Source: Anaerolineales bacterium
GTDB lineage: Bacteria; Chloroflexota; Anaerolineae; Anaerolineales; JABWBV01
Assembly: GCA_027019845.1 (NCBI GenBank)
Contig: JALUWE010000391.1
Coordinates: 1-34,680, forward strand
Length of the DNA stretch: 34,680 nucleotides
Reading direction: 5' to 3'
Shown piece after piece: positions 1 to 7,424 of the stretch (position 1 is its first letter; each line of letters opens with the position of its first letter). Under the pieces are notes generated by a model. The model was not told where the DNA came from. It did not search any database and was given only the letters and a program-made list of their open reading frames with translations. The translations under genes and the position numbers were made by a program.

Positions 1-6
1 AGACGA

Positions 7-35
7 AAAGCCGGACTGAACCGGTTACCGGCTTT
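7..35 (-). terminator. Putative intrinsic terminator hairpin at the end of the response-regulator gene
   Basis: Inverted repeat AAAGCCGG (7-14) / CCGGCTTT (28-35). On the minus strand the stem is followed by only a short U-containing tail. The TAA stop (27-25) sits in the loop. Confidence 0.3.
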
Positions 36-765
36 CCTCGGCTGCTTTTTGCTTTCTGAAATCCACAAAACGGTAGCCAACTCCTCGTTCCGTCAGAATG
101 TATTGGGGATTGGAGGGGTCTTTTTCTAATTTTTTTCGCAAATAATTGACATACAGGCGCACGTAGTGGGGTTCGTCACGGTATTCGTACCCCCATACCT
201 TGACCAAAATCTGATCGTGGGTGAGCACCAATCCGGCGTTTTGAACCAGATGGTATAACAGCCTGTATTCCGTGGGCCGCAGACTGACTAGCTTGCCGTC
301 CACCCAAACCTGACGTCGTTCGAAGTCGATCTTGAGACGATCATCCACCTCGATCAGGCCGCGCGTGCTGGCCTTGAGCGCTTCCGAGCGGCGCAGCACC
401 GCCCGAACCCGGCTGACCAGCTCACGGGGGCTAAAGGGTTTGGTGACGTAATCGTCCGCTCCCAGTTCCAGACCGCGAACGCGATCATCCTCTTCCCCTT
501 TGGCAGTTAGCATGATCACCGGTACGTCGCTGACTTCGCGAATCATTTGTAAGACTTCAAAGCCGTCAATGTCGGGCAGCATCACGTCGAGCAAGATCAG
601 GTCGGGGAGCGCGTCTCGAAGCTGTCGAATAGCTTCCTGGCCGCTGGCCGCCTCGATAACTTGAAACCCGTCATGTTCCAGGTTGAGGCGGATGAAACGC
701 GCCATCCGTCTCTCATCTTCCACGATCAGAATGCGCCGGTTGAAAAAGTGCTCATCAGGCTTCAT
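25..765 (-). CDS. OmpR/PhoB-family two-component response regulator (receiver + winged-helix DNA-binding domain)
   Basis: Receiver motifs [37 protein letters not shown]-terminal winged helix [12 protein letters not shown]...GVGYRF. The track ORF begins at a TTG (792). I prefer the ATG at 765, 7 nt after the upstream TAA stop (775-773), giving [18 protein letters not shown]. Confidence 0.9.
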   Translation of the reverse strand: MKPDEHFFNRRILIVEDERRMARFIRLNLEHDGFQVIEAASGQEAIRQLRDALPDLILLDVMLPDIDGFEVLQMIREVSDVPVIMLTAKGEEDDRVRGLELGADDYVTKPFSPRELVSRVRAVLRRSEALKASTRGLIEVDDRLKIDFERRQVWVDGKLVSLRPTEYRLLYHLVQNAGLVLTHDQILVKVWGYEYRDEPHYVRLYVNYLRKKLEKDPSNPQYILTERGVGYRFVDFRKQKAAEESR

Positions 766-772
766 GTCGTTC

Positions 773-1015
773 TTATTCTCGTACGAACCCAATGATCTGT
801 TCGTCTTCTTCGGTGGGCATGAGTTCGATGAAATTGATGCGCTGCATCGGCCAGATCACCTGCACGACACCAACGGCCAGATAGTGAAGGTCTTTTCCGT
901 CCAGCTTTCTGGGATTGCTGACCATGATGAACTGGTCCGTTGGGGAGGGCAATTCTTCGATTTCTCCGACAACCGGGTCCGTGTCTTCGAGGTGCAAAAT
1001 GATGGAAATGGGCAT
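773..1015 (-). CDS. Small hypothetical protein (80 aa) between the kinase and the response regulator
   Basis: ATG at 1015 is preceded by GGAGG (CTGGAGGTTTTATG), 17 nt after the kinase TGA stop. The track ORF start (1036) is a TTG inside the kinase gene end. I recognise no motif. The alternating beta-strand-like pattern ([25 protein letters not shown]) suggests a small beta-barrel; that is a guess. Confidence 0.6.
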   Translation of the reverse strand: MPISIILHLEDTDPVVGEIEELPSPTDQFIMVSNPRKLDGKDLHYLAVGVVQVIWPMQRINFIELMPTEEDEQIIGFVRE

Positions 1016-1032
1016 AAAACCTCCAGCGTTAC

Positions 1033-2256
1033 TCAACGGATGAGTGCTTGAACGATCAGTTTTCCCAGGGCGATGACATCACCATGATGTAGCGTAACCG
1101 GAATATGGGGTTCGATTTTGGAGCCATTCACCCAGGTGCCATTGGTCGAGCCTAAATCGACAAGTTTGACGGTTTGGTTGTCCTCCACACGGATAGAGGC
1201 GTGAAGGCGGGATACTCCTTTTTTGAAAGCGTCGAAAGGGGAGAGGTCTATTTCGGGTCTGGCCGCGCCGTCCAGCCGCCCCAGAGTGAATTCGGTGCCA
1301 TTTTCGAGGGCGATCATCTGCCCGGTTTCGACAATGTGCAGGGCAATGGCCACATCCTGAACCACGGCAGGCCTGGCGGGGGGTAAAGAATCTACCTGAT
1401 CGCGGATTCGTTCTTCGCTTGATAGGGCGCTGACGTTCGATAGGGCCTTCAGGAATTCGTCCACGCTCTGAAAGCGATCATCCGGGTTTTTTTCCATCGC
1501 CCGGACGATGATCTGTTCCACGTCTTCGGGGATATCGGGGTTGATCGTGCGCGGCCAGGGAAGGGGCGCGTTGATGTGTTTGAAGACGGTGGCAATCGGT
1601 GTTTCAGCAATGAAGGGGAATCTGCCCGTCACCAGTTGGTACATCATCGCCCCTAAAGAGTAAATATCCGAGCGGGCGTCTCCCGCCTGTCCCAATCCTT
1701 GTTCGGGGGACATATAGGCAGGTGTACCAACGAGGGCGCCGGTGGTGGTGAATTGGGGGCCGCTCACAATTTTCGCCAGCCCAAAGTCTGTTAAGACCAC
1801 CCGTTCGCCCTTGTCGATCATTACATTGGCCGGTTTTATGTCTCGGTGGACCACTCCGGCCCTGTGGGCGTAGGCGAGAGCGTTGCCGACATTGGAAATG
1901 ATCCAGAGCACCTCTCGAAGAGGCATGAGTTTCCCTTCGGCCAGGTTATCTTTGATCAGTTTTTTCAATGTTGGGCCGTCGATATACTCCATTACCATGT
2001 AATAGAGCGCGCCTAAAGAGTCGAAGTCGTAGACTTGAACGATGTTAGGGTGGCTTAGGGAGGCCACGTGTTTGGCCTCTCGCTGAAAGCGATTGAGGAT
2101 ATCGGTTTTTTCGGACAAAAATGAGTGGAGGATCTTGATGGCTACGTATCTTTCCAAATGGGCGTGATAGGCTTTATAGACCTCAGCCATTGCGCCGCGG
2201 CCAATTTTTTCGATAATTTGGTATTTGCCGATGGTTTTGTCCAAAAAACCATTCAT
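1033..2256 (-). CDS. Hanks-type Ser/Thr protein kinase with C-terminal FHA domain
   Basis: GRGAMAEVYKA glycine loop, VAIK lysine, HRDIKPANV catalytic loop, DFG, YMSPEQ. C-terminal FHA: FTLGR...SRLHASI...GSTNGTWVNG. The ATG overlaps the upstream stop as ATGA (2253-2256). Confidence 0.92.
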   Translation of the reverse strand: MNGFLDKTIGKYQIIEKIGRGAMAEVYKAYHAHLERYVAIKILHSFLSEKTDILNRFQREAKHVASLSHPNIVQVYDFDSLGALYYMVMEYIDGPTLKKLIKDNLAEGKLMPLREVLWIISNVGNALAYAHRAGVVHRDIKPANVMIDKGERVVLTDFGLAKIVSGPQFTTTGALVGTPAYMSPEQGLGQAGDARSDIYSLGAMMYQLVTGRFPFIAETPIATVFKHINAPLPWPRTINPDIPEDVEQIIVRAMEKNPDDRFQSVDEFLKALSNVSALSSEERIRDQVDSLPPARPAVVQDVAIALHIVETGQMIALENGTEFTLGRLDGAARPEIDLSPFDAFKKGVSRLHASIRVEDNQTVKLVDLGSTNGTWVNGSKIEPHIPVTLHHGDVIALGKLIVQALIR

Positions 2257-2774
2257 TGCCGTCGAATAATGATTTGTATTTTCAATTTCCCCAGCGCAAT
2301 GATGTCGCCATGCTGTAATACACGCGGGACGTGGGGTTTCAACTTGTTGCCATTGACTCTGGTGCCATTGACAGAGCCTAAGTCTACAATGGAAACCCGC
2401 CCATTTTCCATAGTAATTTTGGCATGTACACGCGAGACACCCTGGACATAGGCGTTATAGGGCGTTAAGTCCACATCGGGGAGTGTTGTTTGGCCCGGGC
2501 TACGGCGTCCCAGGGTGAATGTGTCTTTTCCCTGTAGAGGCACGAACTGGTCTAATTCAATGACATGGAGCGTGATAACAGCTTCACTGACCGCCTCCTG
2601 AGGCAGAATTTCTTCTAACTTTTTTATCTCGGAGGTAATCCGTTGAGCAAAGCTTCCCGTAGTACGCTTGAGGGATTTGGTGGTAATATGCTCTACGTTC
2701 AGTTGGGAACCACACTCGCTACAGAAAATTGCGCCGAGGTACTCCTCATGTTTGCAGGTTGGGCAACGAATCAT
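2253..2774 (-). CDS. Zinc-ribbon + FHA domain protein
   Basis: N-terminal CPTC...CSEC zinc ribbon. C-terminal FHA: FTLGRR...SRVHAKI...GSVNGTRVNG. ATGA start/stop overlaps at both ends (2253-2256, 2771-2774). Confidence 0.85.
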   Translation of the reverse strand: MIRCPTCKHEEYLGAIFCSECGSQLNVEHITTKSLKRTTGSFAQRITSEIKKLEEILPQEAVSEAVITLHVIELDQFVPLQGKDTFTLGRRSPGQTTLPDVDLTPYNAYVQGVSRVHAKITMENGRVSIVDLGSVNGTRVNGNKLKPHVPRVLQHGDIIALGKLKIQIIIRRQ

Positions 2775-4249
2775 CTTCTTTTTACCTCCGTGCCAGGGGG
2801 CAAAAGCAAAGCTCTCGTTCCATATTTGATTCGTTTCCCCCCTTCCTCACTAAACGAACTGCCTCTTTCCAGCCTTCCGGCTTCTCCTAATACCGCGGTA
2901 GCCAAAGTGCTTTCACCCTGAGCTAATAGATGTGTGGCTAAATATCTAAGTCGGCGGGTTGCCTGTTCAATATTCCCCTCTTCCATATCTTGCTTTGCCT
3001 GTTCCTGCATCCGGTAAAGGGTAAGGCGCGACATTGCCTGTACGATCTCGGAGGGTGGGGAATACTTTTGTTCTTTTTTATAGACCGGGCGTGAGAATTT
3101 GATGAAATGGCGAACGGTGGGGATGGTTCGCGCCGGCACCTCGAGCTTGAGAGCGCCATCCAGCAAAGTGTAAGAGGGGGTAGAGAAATGGCCTTTGACC
3201 AACAATTCAAATATCACCTTGAGGCTTTCTTCTCGATAAACGTTCCCCAACTTTAGTGGGGTATCGAGAGAGATGTTGGAAGGCTCGGGCTGAAGGCGAA
3301 AAGCATATTGAATTTCAACGTTGGGGTTGTTTTCGAATTGCAAGGTAGTGTTTTCGGCAAAAATATTGTTCAATTCTCTGAATTTTAGTTCCAGAAAACG
3401 TTGAATGTCTCTGGTTCCTGTCACGTATACGCTGTTTCCGCCCGTTTTTTCCGCTAGCATATCTAAAAATTTGTCATTCCATTCGTTCCCAATTCCCAAA
3501 CCGCTAATGGTGATGCCCTGCTCTTTTGCCTCGTCCGCCAGTTTCAGGCAATTTTCCTCGTCGCCATAGGTGTGTCCATCCGTAATCAGAACGAGATGGT
3601 TGATGTGGTTGGGGCGTAAGAAGCGCGTGACCTCTGTCATCCCGGCTTGCAAGCCTTTGTAGATTTCCGTTCCGCCTCCTGTTTGCAGCAAACTGATTTG
3701 GGCTTCGAGCCGATCTCTCCGATAGCCCCGCGCCGCCGGGACAATTACTTCCGCGCGGTCACTGAAGGCCACAATGGAGAGATAATCGATGGGTCTTAGT
3801 TGTTGGACGAGTCTTTTCGCGGTGGCTTTGACGATATCCATGCGGGCGCCTTGCATGGATGTGGAGCGATCAACCACAATGCAAAGGTTTAGCGGAATTT
3901 CGCTCGGCTCGTTTTCTGCCGCAATGGGTGTAATCTCAAGCAAAACGTAAATCAGTTGGGGGGCTGTGGTTTGGAGCAAGCCAGGGCGGCTATAAAGCGT
4001 GTTGATAGCTATGCTGGGCGAGGGGTCGACTTCTGCAAGCGATTTGTCATACTCGGCGCGTTTCTCCGCGTCAAATAACGTGTCGTATGCCTCCTGGATG
4101 CGCAAAAATTGCTCGACCGCTCCCGGGGAGGGGTTGGCATCAGGGTGCAGACGACGAGCAGCCTGGTGGTACGCGCGGCGGATCTCTTCAGGAGTGGCAT
4201 CCCGCGGGACACCAAGTCGCACATAATAGTTATCAACCAATTCGGACAT
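2771..4249 (-). CDS. J-domain (DnaJ-like) / von Willebrand factor A domain fusion protein
   Basis: N-terminal J domain: YYVRLGV..ATPEEIRRAYHQAARRLHPD, with the HPD tripeptide. vWA with MIDAS-type DRSTSM (DxSxS), GGTEIYKGL and LITDGHT. About 200 aa of uncharacterised C-terminus. Confidence 0.88.
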   Translation of the reverse strand: MSELVDNYYVRLGVPRDATPEEIRRAYHQAARRLHPDANPSPGAVEQFLRIQEAYDTLFDAEKRAEYDKSLAEVDPSPSIAINTLYSRPGLLQTTAPQLIYVLLEITPIAAENEPSEIPLNLCIVVDRSTSMQGARMDIVKATAKRLVQQLRPIDYLSIVAFSDRAEVIVPAARGYRRDRLEAQISLLQTGGGTEIYKGLQAGMTEVTRFLRPNHINHLVLITDGHTYGDEENCLKLADEAKEQGITISGLGIGNEWNDKFLDMLAEKTGGNSVYVTGTRDIQRFLELKFRELNNIFAENTTLQFENNPNVEIQYAFRLQPEPSNISLDTPLKLGNVYREESLKVIFELLVKGHFSTPSYTLLDGALKLEVPARTIPTVRHFIKFSRPVYKKEQKYSPPSEIVQAMSRLTLYRMQEQAKQDMEEGNIEQATRRLRYLATHLLAQGESTLATAVLGEAGRLERGSSFSEEGGKRIKYGTRALLLPPGTEVKRR

Positions 4250-4263
4250 GGGCTTTTTGGAAA

Positions 4264-5163
4264 TCAGTCGGGCATGCGTACAAGGATGGCAGTGATGTTA
4301 TCTGTACCTCCCGCGGCATTTGCTGAATCTACAAGTGTCTGACAGGCACGATGCGGGCTTGGTGCAGCGGCGATGAGACGAAACATCTCGGCATCTGACA
4401 CGAGGCCCCAAAGCCCGTCGGAACATAGTAACACATATCCGGGTTGTGGTAGTGGGGCAGTTGTCACGTCCGGCTCAAAGGGTTCGCCTTGTCCCAGTGC
4501 TCGATATAGGACATTACGTTGTGGGTGGACTTCGGCTTCTTCGGCTGTAATCTGGCCTAACTCCTCGAGTCGTTTTACCAGCGAGTGGTCACGGGTTAGG
4601 ACTTGCATCCGGCCATCCAAATATACCGCGTAGGCTCGGCTGTCTCCGACATGCGCTATCGTCATTCGACTCCCCAAGATAACCACAGCTGTCAGGGTTG
4701 TCCCTCCGCCAGGCGCCTGCCTGACAACCGCCTGATGGGCCTCGAGCACGCCTTGTGTCATGATGTCTTGAAGGGACTCTTGGGGTGTTTTCGGCACCAC
4801 ACTGAATATAGGGGAATACAGTTTGGTGATGAGGTAGTTGGACATCGCTCGAATAGCCACTTCGCTGGCTACCTCGCCATGCTGATGCCCTCCCATTCCA
4901 TCGGCAATAATGTAAATCCCAAACGGTAAGGAAGTGGTGTTGCCTGCCAATGTAGCTGTAAACGTGTATAAAGAGTCCTCGTTATGGTCTCGTTGTTGTC
5001 CAACCGAACGAGCGCTGCCAACGATTAACTGAGGCGGTTCCAGACGGGGAAGCCCGGTGCTGATAGGTTCCAGTTGGTCTTCAGAAAGAGGAGCTGTGGT
5101 TAATTCTGCATCGATGGTTGGTTGTTGATCTTGTCCCAACAACCGCTGAAAAAATTTTTTCAC
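4264..5163 (-). CDS. PP2C-family Ser/Thr protein phosphatase
   Basis: RDHNEDS, ADGMGGHQHGEVAS, VGDSRAY, LCSDGLW, GGTDNITAILV. GTG start preceded by AGGAG with an 8-nt spacer. Confidence 0.92.
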   Translation of the reverse strand: MKKFFQRLLGQDQQPTIDAELTTAPLSEDQLEPISTGLPRLEPPQLIVGSARSVGQQRDHNEDSLYTFTATLAGNTTSLPFGIYIIADGMGGHQHGEVASEVAIRAMSNYLITKLYSPIFSVVPKTPQESLQDIMTQGVLEAHQAVVRQAPGGGTTLTAVVILGSRMTIAHVGDSRAYAVYLDGRMQVLTRDHSLVKRLEELGQITAEEAEVHPQRNVLYRALGQGEPFEPDVTTAPLPQPGYVLLCSDGLWGLVSDAEMFRLIAAAPSPHRACQTLVDSANAAGGTDNITAILVRMPD

Positions 5164-5284
5164 AGATCGGTCTCCTGTGCATGTCGTCTTTTAGGCTCGA
5201 AGGTATGCAACAACTGCGCAAAAAACAAGGAAGCGGATGTTCGCCTGCCTCTCAGCTTAACCCGTGTAATCACAATTATAAAGG

Positions 5285-5309
5285 AAAAGTCTGCCGTGGC
5301 AGACTTTTA
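5285..5309 (-). terminator. Intrinsic terminator after the STK-PQQ gene
   Basis: Minus-strand RNA reads AAAAGUCUGCC-ACGG-GGCAGACUUUUCCUUUA, a GC-containing stem plus U-rich tail, 26 nt after the stop at 5335. Confidence 0.5.
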
Positions 5310-5334
5310 ATGAAACTTAATCTGGCAATTCCAG

Positions 5335-7254
5335 TCAAATTAACAAAGCGTATACTCTATGATCGATGGAGCCAAAATAAAGAATACCATCATGAATGAT
5401 CGGGGTGCCGGTAATCGGGCCTTCGGTGCTAAATTTCCAGCGCAATCTGCCTGTTCGATACTCCAGGCAATACATGTGTCCATCCACCGAACCACAATAG
5501 ACAGCGTCTTTATACACCGCGGGAGAGCCGTTCACCTGGTTTTCGGTTCGAAACCGCCAGATCTCTTTCCCGCTGCTTTCGTCCACACAATAAATAAACC
5601 CATCTGCCGCGCCGACGATTACATAACGTTCCACGGTTGCCGGCGTGGAAATCGATGGTTTTCCCAAACGAAAGCGCCAAAGCACCCAACCGTCGGCCTC
5701 ATCTAGAGCATACAGTATCCAATCCATTGAGGAGAAGAAAACCGTGCCGTTTTTGATAACTGGGGAAGAGGTAATCGCCCGCTTGGCCTTGAAGCGCCAT
5801 TTTATGCTGCCGCCAAAATCGACGCAGAAAAAATCGCCGTCTTCGGTGCCAAAATACACATAATCGTTTGTGATAAAGGGCGTGGAGCGGATGGCAACGC
5901 CGGTATCCATTCTCCAGGCACGTCTGGCGTTTGTGCTGTTTACCGCGTGGAGATAGCCATCGTCAGAGCCGACGAATATGTGGCCTTGAGCTATTCTGGG
6001 CGAGGAGCGAATCGGTCCCTCTGTAGCATATTTCCAGATAAGTTTACCCAATCTGGCAGATATGGCATAAAGATTGCCGTCCTCAGAGCCAAAAAACACT
6101 TGTTCATCCACTACAAGTGGCTTGCTCACCACTCCTCTCTCGGTTGCATACTTCCAGATGAACTCGCCAGAAGCCGCATTCAGGCAATACACGTTGTGAT
6201 CGTAGCTCCCGACATAGATATTCCCCTTATAAAAAGTGGGGGAACCACGCACTTCATCTTCACACTTGAAAACCCATAAGGGCTTTATCGCCGCACCTTT
6301 TTGCAGGGAGGCCTCCGGTAACGCTCGCGATAACACTCCCGTTCGTCGGGCGACGGTCAGGATGGCTTCCTTCATTGCCTGGGCGTCTTTAAACCGATCT
6401 TCAGGGTTGTATTGAAGGGCAGTATTGATCACCGCCTCGAATTCCATGGAGACTGCCGGATTGATTTTGCGAATCGGGCGATCCGCAAATGAGAAGGGCG
6501 GCTCCAGACGCGGATCTCTTTTCGTGAGCAAATGATGAAGGGTAGCCCCCAAAGCATAAATATCGGCCAGCGGGGTGGCCTCGCCACGGTACTGTTCCGG
6601 CGGGGAGTATCCTTCGGTTCCTACCTGTGTGCCTTTTTGCCCCGTCTGAAAGGGCTTCGCAATGCCGAAATCTACCAGTATGATGTCATTATACTGGTTG
6701 ATCATTACGTTCGAGGGTTTCATATCGCGAAAGATGATCGGATCAGGCTGTTGGGAGTGCATATAGTGCAGCACATCGCACAAATCTATTGCCCATTTGA
6801 TGACCTGGTCCTCAGGCAGGAATCCCTCTACTTCATTTGCCAATTGTTCCAGGTTTTTCCCCCGAATGAACTCCATCACCAGGTACGATCTCTCTCCCTG
6901 GGTAAAGTAATCGAAAATTCGTGGAATGGCAGGATGTTGCAAAGACGCGAGCACATTGGCTTCTCGCTCGAAATTCTGAACGATAGTTTTGCGCATTACG
7001 GGATCGCGGGCCTGGTTCACCATCTCTTTTACCGCGACCAGCTTGATCATCTTTGGAAAGTGCAAATCGCGCGCCCGGTAAACTGCCCCCATCCCGCCTA
7101 CACCCACGACTTCTTGAATCAAATAACGATTCGCGAGAGTAACTCCCGAACTCAGATGTTGCCCGTCCTCTCTCGAGAGTCCAGGGCCGAAACTTTGGGT
7201 AATGCGATGCGTTTCCAGAACCTTACCTCCAAACAAGAGCCAAACTATTTGCAA
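5335..7254 (-). CDS. Ser/Thr protein kinase fused to a PQQ-like beta-propeller repeat domain
   Basis: GVGGMGAVYRA, VAVKEM, FRDMKPSNV, DFGIA, YSPPEQ. The C-terminal approx 300 aa consists of repeated units of the type G.(I/V)Y.GS.DG.(L/V)Y(A/C)(L/V)...G...W(K/R). Start uncertain: the codon at 7254 is TTG and there is no in-frame ATG before the glycine loop. Confidence 0.88.
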   Translation of the reverse strand: MQIVWLLFGGKVLETHRITQSFGPGLSREDGQHLSSGVTLANRYLIQEVVGVGGMGAVYRARDLHFPKMIKLVAVKEMVNQARDPVMRKTIVQNFEREANVLASLQHPAIPRIFDYFTQGERSYLVMEFIRGKNLEQLANEVEGFLPEDQVIKWAIDLCDVLHYMHSQQPDPIIFRDMKPSNVMINQYNDIILVDFGIAKPFQTGQKGTQVGTEGYSPPEQYRGEATPLADIYALGATLHHLLTKRDPRLEPPFSFADRPIRKINPAVSMEFEAVINTALQYNPEDRFKDAQAMKEAILTVARRTGVLSRALPEASLQKGAAIKPLWVFKCEDEVRGSPTFYKGNIYVGSYDHNVYCLNAASGEFIWKYATERGVVSKPLVVDEQVFFGSEDGNLYAISARLGKLIWKYATEGPIRSSPRIAQGHIFVGSDDGYLHAVNSTNARRAWRMDTGVAIRSTPFITNDYVYFGTEDGDFFCVDFGGSIKWRFKAKRAITSSPVIKNGTVFFSSMDWILYALDEADGWVLWRFRLGKPSISTPATVERYVIVGAADGFIYCVDESSGKEIWRFRTENQVNGSPAVYKDAVYCGSVDGHMYCLEYRTGRLRWKFSTEGPITGTPIIHDGILYFGSIDHRVYALLI

Positions 7255-7424
7255 AACAATGTCGTGAAATAGAGGTCAGAACGAACTGCCTCGTCCCAAC
7301 AGTTTTTCGGCCTCTTCTGGCGAAGGTACGTATAGCCTAACCGGGTAATAAAAGGCAGGTGGAGTTACCGTGAAGTATATCAGATAATATTCGTTTAACA
7401 ACCGGAAAAAAACGTGGTGGTTAT

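Noticed and set aside
683-1051. 122-aa plus-strand ORF
   Set aside because: It is antisense to the response regulator N-terminus and the 80-aa ORF and has no motifs or SD.
6532-7272. 246-aa plus-strand ORF
   Set aside because: It is antisense to the kinase domain of the STK-PQQ gene and has no motifs.
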